From: a bacterium
Lineage (GTDB): Bacteria; Bdellovibrionota_C; UBA2361; CALJRW01
Direction: 5' to 3'
DNA length: 46,205 nt
Assembly: GCA_031385045.1 (NCBI GenBank)
Contig: JANNBC010000049.1
Coordinates: 1 to 46,205, forward strand
Below, piece after piece: positions 29,807 through 40,063 of this stretch (position 1 is the stretch's first letter; each line of letters opens with the position of its first letter). The position numbers and the translations under genes are program-made. The notes beneath the pieces were generated by a model. The model searched no databases, had not been told where the DNA came from, and saw only the letters and a list, made by a program, of their open reading frames with translations.

Positions 29807-30421
29807 TTATTTAGCTACAAAATGATTGGAATAATCTAATTGGCTAGCTTGAATTACCTTCCAGGCAGATTCTTTACCATAAACCTCAGCAATTTCGCAT
29901 TTTGGAGCCGTGCCTGGCATTTGCTTATAGGTTAAAAAGTAATGGCATAAACGATTAAGAATACTTTCGGGAAGATCTGTAATATCCTTCCAACCACCAT
30001 AAAGATAATCATCTTTTAGTACAGCGATAATTTTATCATCAGCTTCATTACTATCAATTAAACGTAATCCGCCAATTGGATAGGCCTTAACAATAATATC
30101 TCCATGTGTCATTTGATGTTCTGTCAAAACCAGAATATCTAAGGGATCGTTATCGCCGACAAGCAAGTCCCGACCACTTACCTTAGCCGATAATTTAGCA
30201 ACTTCCTCTTTGCAATATGTTTGTGGAATAAAGCCATACAGTGCTGGTACAATATTACTAAATTTTTGAGGGCGATCGACCTTCAGATATCCAGAATGCT
30301 TATCAATCTCATACTTAACAGTATCACTAGGAATAATTTCAATAAATGCTGTGACCAATTCCGGTGCTTCTGAGCCGATTTCAATACCATGCCAAGGATG
30401 TAATTTATATTGATTAACCAT
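29807..30421 (-). CDS. ppa: Family I inorganic pyrophosphatase
   Basis: HPWHG, KYEIDK.SG.L.VDR, YGFIPQT, DNDPLD, D..EADDKIIAV, YK; start set at ATG 30421. Confidence 0.95.
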   Translation of the reverse strand: MVNQYKLHPWHGIEIGSEAPELVTAFIEIIPSDTVKYEIDKHSGYLKVDRPQKFSNIVPALYGFIPQTYCKEEVAKLSAKVSGRDLLVGDNDPLDILVLTEHQMTHGDIIVKAYPIGGLRLIDSNEADDKIIAVLKDDYLYGGWKDITDLPESILNRLCHYFLTYKQMPGTAPKCEIAEVYGKESAWKVIQASQLDYSNHFVAK

Positions 30422-30474
30422 ATTGAGCAAAATGAATATCTAAATAAATTTAATTAATACTCTAGATAGTTAAC

Positions 30475-30566
30475 ATATACTAGGCGACATTAGAAATTAC
30501 TGTTCTAAAATTAGTCGCCTAGTATATCAAGCACGAAGCGCTTGAAGCGACCCAAGGGGGTCGCTC
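30475..30566. repeat. Cluster of inverted repeats (REP-like or terminator)
   Basis: ATATACTAGGCGAC (30475-30488) / GTCGCCTAGTATAT (30514-30527); TCAAGC-acgaagc-GCTTGA; AGCGACCC-aagg-GGGTCGCT. Confidence 0.8.
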
Positions 30567-30676
30567 AGGTAAAAATGCTAATTTTTTAAGCATATTAGCT
30601 GGGGAAAACAAATATACTATGTGAAATTGAAAATTACCGAAAATTCATAGGTATTATTATAGCAAAGATCAAACCT

Positions 30677-31591
30677 TTACTTGGCCAGAGATTTAAAAAT
30701 ATCAATCATTGTGACACCATTTGTTCCACTAGAATTAGGCTTAGCATAATCTAAGATTCTTAAAAGTGCCTGCGGATCGATTATTCCATCATTAGCTCGT
30801 GCTGGACGAGCAATACTATTAGAGTGCTTTTGAATTGCTAGTACTAGCTTTTTTAAATCATCAGTATACTCAGTCGTTACCGGCTCAATTCCTAAAATAG
30901 ATTTAAGATATCCAACTAACTCGGCCTTCTCTCCAGGGTTTATCGCTTTGCCAGTATCTCTTAATTCAACTAACTCTGCTCTTAAGGCATCGGATCCACC
31001 AACCTGACCAGTTAGCCGTTCTACTTTGGCCGTATCAATAATAATTTGATCTATTGCTCGGATTGTTCCCTTAGCTAAAGAGTCAGTTGCTACGTAAGCA
31101 ACTGGCTCTTGAACTTGACTTAAAGCAAAATCAGCTCGAGCAACAGTCTGTAGTAATCTTTCTTGCCGGACTAAATGGGCAAGAGATCTAAGATCTATCT
31201 TAACAGGCAGTTCTAATGCTAAATCTTTCTCAATATTTTTGTTGATTAGGCTAAGTGTCGCTTGAATTATTTTTTCAGTCTGAGAATCAAAACTACCGGT
31301 GAGAGGTAAATACTGAGACCGAACCTGAAGTAGTGAAATAACCGGACTCTTCTCCCCTACTGAGATTGTTCCAGCTTGATGCCGTATCTTATATAAATCG
31401 GGAATAGCATCTGGTTCGTAAAAATCTTTACTATTAGGATTATCAACTAGCACTTGACCCAATAATCCTGTTACTGCCTGCTGATCAATTCGAGAGTTGG
31501 CAGAGGGAAGATTTTGCTCTTGTGCTGGTAAAATTCCTGCGGTTGCTAATGAAACACCTAAAGAAGCAACTGCACTAGTAAAACGATTCAT
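30677..31591 (-). CDS. Exported protein with two degenerate peptidoglycan-binding-like domains
   Basis: Signal peptide; GEKSPVISLLQ....TGSFDSQTE..I and GEKAELV..LK..LG......Y...L...V.AIQ.....DGIIDP resemble PG_binding_1. Confidence 0.55.
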   Translation of the reverse strand: MNRFTSAVASLGVSLATAGILPAQEQNLPSANSRIDQQAVTGLLGQVLVDNPNSKDFYEPDAIPDLYKIRHQAGTISVGEKSPVISLLQVRSQYLPLTGSFDSQTEKIIQATLSLINKNIEKDLALELPVKIDLRSLAHLVRQERLLQTVARADFALSQVQEPVAYVATDSLAKGTIRAIDQIIIDTAKVERLTGQVGGSDALRAELVELRDTGKAINPGEKAELVGYLKSILGIEPVTTEYTDDLKKLVLAIQKHSNSIARPARANDGIIDPQALLRILDYAKPNSSGTNGVTMIDIFKSLAK

Positions 31592-31830
31592 AAAATTTTC
31601 CTTGAAGCTTGGGAGGAGAAATACACTATGATTAGATATCAGGACTAAGTCAGATTATGTTTCTAAAAAATTCAGACTTAAATTATGAATGACAACTAAA
31701 CTAGAAATACCTTGAAATATATTGTTATTATTGGCGTTTAAGTCAAAATTTAGTTTTAATTATAAACTTTCTAGGCAAATAGCTCAGAAAACAATCATTC
31801 TAAAAGTACTAGAACAATCATCCACACTTT

Positions 31831-32949
31831 CTATGGAATTAAGCCAGGAACGATACTATTAACAAAGTTTTTATTACTGGTACTTGTTAAATTAGCATAG
31901 TAGGCATTATCTATAGGAGTACAGGTTTCATTCCCATTAGATGTAACTCCAGCTAGTAACCACTCCTCACCTCGCTTAACAAGCAAAGGCCCCCCAGAAT
32001 CTCCATTACAAGTATCACCATTGGAATCCTCCCCTGTATAGACGGTACCAATTGAATCACCCGCAAATGTGTCAAGTAGAACTGTTGTTGCACGAAGAAC
32101 TCCAGCACCAGTCTGATTAACACCATTATTAACACCATACCCACCGATATATGCTAATTCACCTGAAACAAAATCATTTGTGGATAAAATATTCACTGTT
32201 CTAGTTGGTATATCTTCATTGGTCACAACTACTGTAATGTCATGATCTTGAAAATTTCCAGTGGTATTATAATCTGGATGGACGAATATTTGATTACTGT
32301 CCACATTCCCCGCTCCTGTTTTAATACGAACAGAAGTAATACCCTCCCCACAATGCGCTGCAGTAATAACTGTTCTAGGGTTTACAACTGTTCCGGTACA
32401 GGCACTATCTGCATTACCATCTATATACAATTCTAATTCAACTGTTGGACTATTTCCAACAGAACAAGCTGAACCATTGATAATCCGAGAAACTTTTTGA
32501 ACCGAACTAGCCGCTAAAGAATTATTATTACCAATAATAGAGCAGGCCGTTTCAACCCCTGGCTCTTCTACGATTGGCTCAGGATTAAAAATACCTACTT
32601 GAGCCTGACAAGCCACTAACAAGTTTTTTAAATCTTTCTTTTTCTTTCGTTTGTTTTTTAATTTAAGTAAAAGACCTTGATCTCCATCATTTCTAGCAGA
32701 AGCTATCTCTGAAGCAAAACTTTTAATCTGTCTCGTTAATGCAATTATCTTATTGTTAAGACTAATTTCATTATTACTACTTGTAGTAATAATCGCCAGC
32801 CCATTACCAAACTCCGCATTTAGTAAACAATAAAACTTACTACCCTCTTCCAAGATTTGCGGGACATCACCATCCGCAGCCCAAATCATTTGGACTGGCA
32901 GAAGTTGGGTTAAACAGAGAACTAAAAATAATTGGCGAAGTGAGATCAT
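31831..32949 (-). CDS. Secreted trypsin-like serine protease (S1)
   Basis: Signal peptide; RIING activation site; TAAHC, DI, CNGDSGGP catalytic triad. Confidence 0.93.
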   Translation of the reverse strand: MISLRQLFLVLCLTQLLPVQMIWAADGDVPQILEEGSKFYCLLNAEFGNGLAIITTSSNNEISLNNKIIALTRQIKSFASEIASARNDGDQGLLLKLKNKRKKKKDLKNLLVACQAQVGIFNPEPIVEEPGVETACSIIGNNNSLAASSVQKVSRIINGSACSVGNSPTVELELYIDGNADSACTGTVVNPRTVITAAHCGEGITSVRIKTGAGNVDSNQIFVHPDYNTTGNFQDHDITVVVTNEDIPTRTVNILSTNDFVSGELAYIGGYGVNNGVNQTGAGVLRATTVLLDTFAGDSIGTVYTGEDSNGDTCNGDSGGPLLVKRGEEWLLAGVTSNGNETCTPIDNAYYANLTSTSNKNFVNSIVPGLIP

Positions 32950-32983
32950 AAAAATTATTTATTGAGATGCTAATGCTAGAAAA

Positions 32984-33175
32984 TCAAATACCTAAAAGGG
33001 CATTTGTAATTGCTGTAAATTTATTCAGAACAGTTTGACCAAGATTGGTCAAAGCAAGAATACAAGCCACGGCAATTAATGCCACAAGCAAGCCATATTC
33101 AACAAGTGAGGCTCCCTTCTGACTTTTACCATTAGCAGGAAGATTGACGTAAGCTAAAATATCTTGAATCAACAT
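32984..33175 (-). CDS. flp: Flp family type IVc (Tad) pilin
   Basis: QKG|ASLVEYGLLVALIAV prepilin site with E+5/Y+6; 63 aa. Confidence 0.9.
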   Translation of the reverse strand: MLIQDILAYVNLPANGKSQKGASLVEYGLLVALIAVACILALTNLGQTVLNKFTAITNALLGI

Positions 33176-33452
33176 TGGTCTAAGTAAAATTAGAATATAC
33201 CTATAATTTTACGGCAGTAATCCCTCGGGTACAAGGACAATAATGAATTTGCATAATAAATATCAATTCTTGGAATGAGAATTCTAAAATTAAGCAAATT
33301 ATACCCCAAGGTCTAATGTATTATTAAACTTGGAAATAATTATAAAAAGCAAATCTATAGAATCAGATTAACTAAAAATCACACTATTTAATGATTTTCC
33401 ATAACATAATTATAGGCATCAATACGCTTCAAAAAGTATTTGCGCCTAGGTT

Positions 33453-33827
33453 TTGTTTTCAAAGGTTTTAATGAAGGCCATAGTTAAGGCGATCCTATCG
33501 TTTATGATTACTAGCTGGACGTACTCAGAGATCATGCTAGTTTTCCCTGAAATTCAACCATTATCCGAAAAAGTAATCCAAACACTAACTATCCCAACGC
33601 ATGATGAGTGGCGTGTTTATTATGACCAAGAGTATCAAGCTAATGTAAAAGAGGAAATCAATCGCTTCTTAGTTAGTAATGGTTTGGAGGTTCAAGCATA
33701 TAACTCTAATGATTTTCATGAACTATTAGAAATGCCAAACAAGCTAAAGATTAATACTAATCAAACAAATTACGTCTCGATGTTTGATAATACAATACTC
33801 CCCGAATCGCTATATGAAAGCTTCTAG
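33453..33827 (+). CDS. Hypothetical protein
   Basis: 124-aa ORF with hydrophobic N-terminus; start uncertain (TTG 33453 or ATG 33471). Confidence 0.55.
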   Translation: MFSKVLMKAIVKAILSFMITSWTYSEIMLVFPEIQPLSEKVIQTLTIPTHDEWRVYYDQEYQANVKEEINRFLVSNGLEVQAYNSNDFHELLEMPNKLKINTNQTNYVSMFDNTILPESLYESF

Positions 33828-33905
33828 CAAGCCCTAGTTCCGGCCTAAGTATTGTAAAAAAAACCTGCCAGTTGTATTAGACATTCCATTTTTATCCAAA
33901 GTGTA

Positions 33906-34484
33906 ATGATTCCCTTAAGAAACACTATTGTCTCTGACCTCTTATTAGATCGAAAGTTTGTTTGTGATCTAGCATCTTGCAAAGGAGCTTGCTGTATTTC
34001 TGGAGCGACAGGCGCTCCATTAGAAGCGGCTGAAAATGAAGTTATCAAAGAAAACATTGAGAAAATAAAACCCTTTATGTCTTTAGCGGGGCTAGCCTCC
34101 ATTAAAACTCAAGGTATATCTAACACTAACGAATTGGGTGAAATCTTCACCTCACTTCAAGAAGAAGGTGGCGCTTGTTCATTTGTATATTTTGACGCAC
34201 AAAAAACCGCGAAATGTGCCATCGAAGCTGCCTGGAATGCTAAGAAAATTGATTTTAAAAAACCGATATCTTGCCACCTCTATCCTGTAAGAGTTACAAA
34301 ATATGTTGATTTTGAAGCCGTTAATTACGATCAAAGACCAGAATGCAAACCAGCATGTAAATGTGGAGAAGCCCTGAATGTCAAAGTTTATCAATTTCTA
34401 AAAGAGCCATTAATCAGAAAGTATGGGAAGGAGTGGTTTGATGAACTTGAACAGATCGATATGCTAAGCTCCAGTGAGGTTTAA
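33906..34484 (+). CDS. DUF3109-family Cys-rich protein
   Basis: FVCDL..CKGACC..G..GAPL, C.F, CAIE.A, KPISCHLYP.R, C.PAC..G. Confidence 0.85.
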   Translation: MIPLRNTIVSDLLLDRKFVCDLASCKGACCISGATGAPLEAAENEVIKENIEKIKPFMSLAGLASIKTQGISNTNELGEIFTSLQEEGGACSFVYFDAQKTAKCAIEAAWNAKKIDFKKPISCHLYPVRVTKYVDFEAVNYDQRPECKPACKCGEALNVKVYQFLKEPLIRKYGKEWFDELEQIDMLSSSEV

Positions 34485-34681
34485 TAATACTTTGGATAAA
34501 ATAGCAGGAATGTAAGTCCCGATCCGATTACCCCAGTCCAGATTGGATTGGAAGTAAAATATGGGTAGAGCATCAGTGAAATCGCCAAGACAAACGCTCT
34601 TGGTTCTTCTGATTTCTTCGCCCAGCAAAAGGCTGCCATGCCGACTAAAGAAAAAAACATTCCAATAACTAAATTCCACAT
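34481..34681 (-). CDS. Small membrane protein
   Basis: 66 aa; FS.VGMA.F..AKK....., LMLYPYF; GGAG RBS upstream. Confidence 0.65.
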   Translation of the reverse strand: MWNLVIGMFFSLVGMAAFCWAKKSEEPRAFVLAISLMLYPYFTSNPIWTGVIGSGLTFLLFYPKYY

Positions 34682-34742
34682 AAATTTCTTAGATCTTACT
34701 CACTCCTATAGTTTAAAACTAATCTTGACTTAAATATAGACT

Positions 34743-35879
34743 TTAATTTCGATTAGCTTTTATAGCATCCGGAAGCTGTTGCTCCATCAACTTCTGATCA
34801 TAAGTCTTCAAGACAAAATGAATGCCTTGAATCGCGCCATTATCATCTAATTTGTAAGGACCAATCAAACTATTTTTGATAAACTCTGGATCCTTTACAA
34901 GTTCAGGGATAGTCCTATCAGTTAGTATATGTTGATTTAAAATTCGAACGGCCTCAAACGTTGGCGTCAGCGGTAAGGCTGAAACTGATTTTCCAAAACG
35001 CTCTGCGAACCTTTTCATTAACTTGCTGGCGACAGGATTAGCGTCTAGGTCTGGTAAGTCCGCCCCAACAACACCAATCAAATCTTTACCTAAAATTTGT
35101 TGAGCAGATTCCCCAAAAGGCATATATACTCCAAGTATTTTAGCTTCTAAGCGAATTTGTTTTGTCTGCTGAACAGCTCGAATAAAACTTGGCTCGGTTG
35201 CTGTATTGATAAAAACTGCTTCTACGTTTTGTTGCTTTAAGCGCAACAAGATTGGCCGAAAGTCTTCTTCTTGAAACTTAGCAGTTTGAAAATTAATTTG
35301 TAGGGGATTTTTTGACTCTTTATTTTGATAGTTAACTGCTCTTGTCAGTAATTCAGAGTACGCATCTTCTTCGGTGATCACTCCAATCTTTTGAAAGTTA
35401 CTTTGAATGTATGGAAATAGTATATCTATGGCAATTTGATCTGCAGGAAAGATTCTAAAAATATTTTTACTAGTAATAGTCTGATCCCCACTATTAGCTG
35501 AGGTAGTTAAAACTGTAACTCCAGCTTTACCATAAACTTCAGCACTTGCTAAAAGTTCGGAGTTACAGGCCATCCCAATCGCATACTTGACTCGATCGAC
35601 ATTAATTAACTTATTGGCAGCACTTACAGCAGGAGCTCCTTGACATTTAGAATCTTCAAAAATAAATTCAAATTTATTATTGGCAATTAGTTCGTTAGCA
35701 ATAATGGCCGCATTTATGATTGGTATGCCGAGTGTTTCAGCATCGCCTGAAAGTGGAGCTGGAAAACCAACTTTGATTTTCTCTTCGGCAACAAGATTAA
35801 GTGCTAGTAATAAAATTACCGTAAATATTAAAATTTTAGTTAAAAAATTCATTTGATAAATTGCCGTTAGTAAGTCCAT
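34743..35879 (-). CDS. Branched-chain amino-acid-type ABC substrate-binding protein (LivJ/K-like), orphan
   Basis: IKVG..APLSG..A..G, EDSKC....AVSAANKLI..D.V...IG, FR, DFR..L; real start may be 35852. Confidence 0.85.
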   Translation of the reverse strand: MDLLTAIYQMNFLTKILIFTVILLLALNLVAEEKIKVGFPAPLSGDAETLGIPIINAAIIANELIANNKFEFIFEDSKCQGAPAVSAANKLINVDRVKYAIGMACNSELLASAEVYGKAGVTVLTTSANSGDQTITSKNIFRIFPADQIAIDILFPYIQSNFQKIGVITEEDAYSELLTRAVNYQNKESKNPLQINFQTAKFQEEDFRPILLRLKQQNVEAVFINTATEPSFIRAVQQTKQIRLEAKILGVYMPFGESAQQILGKDLIGVVGADLPDLDANPVASKLMKRFAERFGKSVSALPLTPTFEAVRILNQHILTDRTIPELVKDPEFIKNSLIGPYKLDDNGAIQGIHFVLKTYDQKLMEQQLPDAIKANRN

Positions 35880-36132
35880 AAAAATAATCAGGAAGCTAAA
35901 TTTTTAGTTTTATTATAAGTGGCTGATTACTGCACATCAATAACAGGTAAATTGTTATTATACGCCAGATATATTAGAATAAATACAGCTTAATGTATCA
36001 GTATACTTACTAAATATTAGAAGTTTATTCTCTGGAAAACTAAGTTAATCGAATTAGTTCACAAAAGCTATGAATTTTATCTTCATTTATTTGTGAATCT
36101 TAAACTAAGTTAGTTTTTACTAACGTTGGAGA

Positions 36133-37713
36133 ATGCTCTCATGCTTAATACAATTTAACAAAAATATGACAACAATTCATTCTAGCTTTGAGATTTATGG
36201 GAAAAAAATATCGATACTGCTAATCGCATTATTGCTTGCTATTATTATAAGAGGACTGACTCTTGAATACGGAGACCTTTTAGACCCAACAGAAACTAGA
36301 TATGCAACGATAGCCCAAAATATGCTGTTTTCAGGGGACTGGGTTACACCACGCTTACCCAACAATGATGGGCTAGAACTCTATTTTAGTAAACCACCCC
36401 TGCATTATTGGCTAACCGCAATTTCTTATCAATTATTTGGTATTGATGAATGGACATCTCGCCTCCCTAGTTTTCTAGCATTACTGTTAATGCTTGGATC
36501 AATCTTGTTATTTGCCAAGAAATTTTTCACTCTAGAAATTGGCTATCTAGCTGGTTTAATCTGTGTCACCTCGCCACTAATGTTCTTTCTCTCGGGTAGT
36601 AGTACCATTGATGTTACCTTTGGTGCTTTAACATTTGCCGCCTTAGTAGTTTTTGCTGTGGCTGCTAGTGAAGCAGGTAAACCTGGCAACAACCAACTAA
36701 TGGGTCACCTATTTTTTATTTTCTCAGCACTGGCACTAATGACCAAGGGGCCAATTGGACTAATCTTGATTGGCATACCAGTGTTTTTTTATTGCTGTTA
36801 TCATAAAAGTTTAAAATGCCTAGCCTTTTTACCGTGGGTAGGAGGAATCAGTCTGTTCCTTTTAATAACTGTGCCTTGGTTTTATTTAGTAGAAAAAGCA
36901 AATCCAGGTTCTGTTCGCTACTTTTTTGTTAATGAAAATTTTCTTAGGTTTGTTGCCAAAGATTACGGCGGAAAATATGGAGACGCACATATTCAACCAT
37001 ATGGTGCTATCTGGTGGATGTTAATTCTATCAATTCTACCGTGGTCACTTTATTTAGTAAAATATTTTATTCATAACGTAACTAATTTCAATAAGAGTAA
37101 TTTATTAAAAGAAAACAAATGGCTACTTTTTATTCTGATAGTTGGGATTAGCCCAATCCTATTTTTTACAGTTGCTAGATCGATCTTGCCCGCTTATGTT
37201 GTTCCAGCGGTTCCTGGCTTGGCACTCTTTATTGGCTATATTACCCAAAACTCCAAAAGAGCTTTGGCAGAGATCGATCAAAATAATTGTTCGTTACTCA
37301 AGAAAAGCTTTTTTCATAAATTTAAGGGAGATTATCCTTGTATTTTGAAAACTAGCGTTGTTACATATGCAATTATTAATTTGCTTTTCCTAATTGCAGC
37401 TCCAATTATTGAAGTAAATAAATCAGCCTCAGAGATCTTAGAGTTAATAACAAGTCAATCAAAGAGCAAAACTGTCACTGTTGCCATTGTGGCAACGAAT
37501 AATTACTCACCTTATTGGACAAGCGGAGCATATCAAGAAGAACTTTCTAAACCACTAAAAGTGATTTACGTAAAACCAACCGAACTTGATACTGTTAAAT
37601 ACAAAAATCTAATCTTAAGAGGAGACGATCCAAATCTACTGGCACAAATCAATCTTCATTATAAGCGATTTGATTCTAGGGGAAAGTGGCATTGGTATCG
37701 AAGAATTATTTAA
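36133..37713 (+). CDS. ArnT/PMT-type integral membrane glycosyltransferase
   Basis: DPTETRYA.IA..M..SGDW.TP, YFSKPPL.YW, FG..EW..RLPS, KGPIG, PW. Confidence 0.88.
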   Translation: MLSCLIQFNKNMTTIHSSFEIYGKKISILLIALLLAIIIRGLTLEYGDLLDPTETRYATIAQNMLFSGDWVTPRLPNNDGLELYFSKPPLHYWLTAISYQLFGIDEWTSRLPSFLALLLMLGSILLFAKKFFTLEIGYLAGLICVTSPLMFFLSGSSTIDVTFGALTFAALVVFAVAASEAGKPGNNQLMGHLFFIFSALALMTKGPIGLILIGIPVFFYCCYHKSLKCLAFLPWVGGISLFLLITVPWFYLVEKANPGSVRYFFVNENFLRFVAKDYGGKYGDAHIQPYGAIWWMLILSILPWSLYLVKYFIHNVTNFNKSNLLKENKWLLFILIVGISPILFFTVARSILPAYVVPAVPGLALFIGYITQNSKRALAEIDQNNCSLLKKSFFHKFKGDYPCILKTSVVTYAIINLLFLIAAPIIEVNKSASEILELITSQSKSKTVTVAIVATNNYSPYWTSGAYQEELSKPLKVIYVKPTELDTVKYKNLILRGDDPNLLAQINLHYKRFDSRGKWHWYRRII

Positions 37714-37736
37714 TTGAATACGCCGATGATAAATAG

Positions 37737-40034
37737 TTACATTCTATCTGGAACCGTTATCCCAAGTAGGCTTAATCCTTGATTAAGAGTTTTACTAACT
37801 GCTTGACTAAACATAATCCGGTGCCCACTAAGTTCTAGATCCTCGGAGACAACTCGGTTATTGGCATAATAGGAATTAAACATTTTTGATAACTCATGAA
37901 GGTATGTACAGATATGATTAGTCTTAAAAGTCTGACATACTTCGAGTGTCATGGCATTAAACTCATTTAGTTTAAACAAAATTAATTTTTCCTCATCAGT
38001 CATTCTTTCCTGATTAAAGTATGGCTTGATACCAATTGATTCTGCTTTTTTTAACAGAGAACTAATCCTTACAGAACAGTATTGAATATATGGCCCTGAC
38101 TCACCATCAAGCTTTAACCATTCCTCCAAATCAAAAACTACCTTGGAGCTAGGTTCATATCGATTCATTGCATATTTAATTGCTCCAGCAGCTATTAAAT
38201 CAGCAGTCTTAAGGATCTCATCCTTTGGCCATTCTTCCGAGTATTTATTTAAAAAACTCGTAGTAATATAATCTCGCATTCCATTAATTAAAGAACTAAT
38301 TGGAACAATATTACCCTTCCTAGAACTCATTGCTCCATCCGGAAGCTCTACAAAATTATAAGGCAGATGAAAACAATCACCAGCATGTTCATACCCTAGC
38401 TTATCAAGAACTTTAAAAATTTGCTTAAAGTGATGTGCTTGGCGCAAATCAACTAGATAAATACTTTTATCTAGTTGATGATCATCAAACTTTTTCTTTG
38501 CTAAATACAAATCCTTACTACTATACATACCATTTCCATCAGACTTTAGGAGCATACAAAAACCTAAGTTATCCTCTGTTAAATCCATTCCAACGGCACC
38601 TTCTGATGAAACTAATTTCCCTTGGGCATATAAATCTTTAACTAAATTAACAGAAGCACTATCAACATCCGATTCCCAATACCAGGTATCAAACTTTATT
38701 CCTGACCAATTATAAGCTTCTTCCATTTGATCTATGGACCATTCCCTAGTCTCCTTCCAAAGCTCATAATACTCACCTTTTTGTTGTTCCAACTCTCTTA
38801 GGATTTGCGTTAAGATTTTAGCAGTCTTTTCACTTTCGGGAGTTTCTGCTTCGGCTTCGATTTGAGTATTAGCTTTCGTATAGAGTGCCCCTAACCACAC
38901 ACCTTTTTTGGATTCCGGTACAGGTTCTTGATTATGATTTTTTAAATACCATAGACACTTTGCGACATGTGTTCCAACATCACCTGGGAAGGTTGATGTT
39001 ACAGTAGGAACTCCCACATATTTAAATGTTAAGGCTAAAGACCCGCCTAAACAAATATTACGCATGTGCCCAACATGTAATTCTTTATGAGTATTTGGTT
39101 GAGAAAACTCCAACATGATCTGAGGAGGCATAAATAATAGTTGGCGACTAAAATAATCTTCCGAAATTATCGGAGTCAGAATTTGATCATTTACAAACTT
39201 CTTATTCAAACGAAAATTGATAAAAGGCCCAATATTTTCGATACTTTGAGCGAAAGTTAAAGGTACTTCTTCAGCGACCCTCTTGGCAAATTCGACTGGA
39301 TTAATCCCAAGTTTTTTTGATATAGCAAAAGCTGGCAAGGCTAAGTCACCATGACTCTTCTCTTTAGGAATTGACAACAGATGATAAATTTCACTTTGAT
39401 ATTCTAAGAGGTTAGCACTTTGGACTAATCCAATATTAATCAAACCAGTCACAATTCCGTAAGCAACATTTGACCTTAATTGATCAAATTGCAATTCTTG
39501 CGCGACAGACCCATTAAGTGGATAGCCTAATTTACGAGCTGGAAATGTTCCAGAGTTTAGATTTAAATCCATCTGGATATGAGGTAACCCAGCATCGTCG
39601 AAGACATCTCCTTTTTCTTTAAATCCAAGCTTTTCATAAAAATCTTTAGAAGCATATTGCGCTGCTAAAGTTGCCTTTGAAAAACCATTGTTTTTTCCAA
39701 AGTCGATTGCAGACTTGATCAGCTTACTAGCGTAGCCTTTATTTCTAAAATCTTTATCAACACAAAGTCGACCAATATTGATACAGCCTGGCTCTTTAGA
39801 GTAGATTCTTAAGCATGCTACAAGCTTTTCACCTTCAGACAAATAAAGATGTACTGCTTTAGGATCTAAGGAGTCTACTTCAAGTTCTAGCGGTACTTTT
39901 TGTTCTTGAACAAAAACTTGCTTGCGGAGATCTAAGATTGCTTGATAATGTTGAGGATCGCGCGTTGGTACACAGATTTTAATAGGCAAATCTGTTTTCA
40001 CAGTTTTTGGAGTATAAACTTCTTGCTGCATCAT
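37737..40034 (-). CDS. argS: GNAT acetyltransferase (ElaA/YjcF-like) fused to arginyl-tRNA synthetase
   Basis: About aa 1-160: LR..VFV.EQ.VP, IGRLCV, R.KG.A, AQ....FYEKLGF, DAGLPH. Then HGD, GPFINF, EFSQPNTHKELHVGH (HIGH), MSSRKG, GPYIQY, terminal RM. Confidence 0.95.
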   Translation of the reverse strand: MMQQEVYTPKTVKTDLPIKICVPTRDPQHYQAILDLRKQVFVQEQKVPLELEVDSLDPKAVHLYLSEGEKLVACLRIYSKEPGCINIGRLCVDKDFRNKGYASKLIKSAIDFGKNNGFSKATLAAQYASKDFYEKLGFKEKGDVFDDAGLPHIQMDLNLNSGTFPARKLGYPLNGSVAQELQFDQLRSNVAYGIVTGLINIGLVQSANLLEYQSEIYHLLSIPKEKSHGDLALPAFAISKKLGINPVEFAKRVAEEVPLTFAQSIENIGPFINFRLNKKFVNDQILTPIISEDYFSRQLLFMPPQIMLEFSQPNTHKELHVGHMRNICLGGSLALTFKYVGVPTVTSTFPGDVGTHVAKCLWYLKNHNQEPVPESKKGVWLGALYTKANTQIEAEAETPESEKTAKILTQILRELEQQKGEYYELWKETREWSIDQMEEAYNWSGIKFDTWYWESDVDSASVNLVKDLYAQGKLVSSEGAVGMDLTEDNLGFCMLLKSDGNGMYSSKDLYLAKKKFDDHQLDKSIYLVDLRQAHHFKQIFKVLDKLGYEHAGDCFHLPYNFVELPDGAMSSRKGNIVPISSLINGMRDYITTSFLNKYSEEWPKDEILKTADLIAAGAIKYAMNRYEPSSKVVFDLEEWLKLDGESGPYIQYCSVRISSLLKKAESIGIKPYFNQERMTDEEKLILFKLNEFNAMTLEVCQTFKTNHICTYLHELSKMFNSYYANNRVVSEDLELSGHRIMFSQAVSKTLNQGLSLLGITVPDRM

Positions 40035-40063
40035 ATTTTTTAATCGATAAATAGTACTATCAT

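Noticed and set aside
33293..33308. Possible sigma54 promoter for flp (minus strand TGGGGTATAATTTGCT)
   Set aside because: GG-N10-GC spacing is right but the CAC core is absent; too weak in AT-rich DNA.
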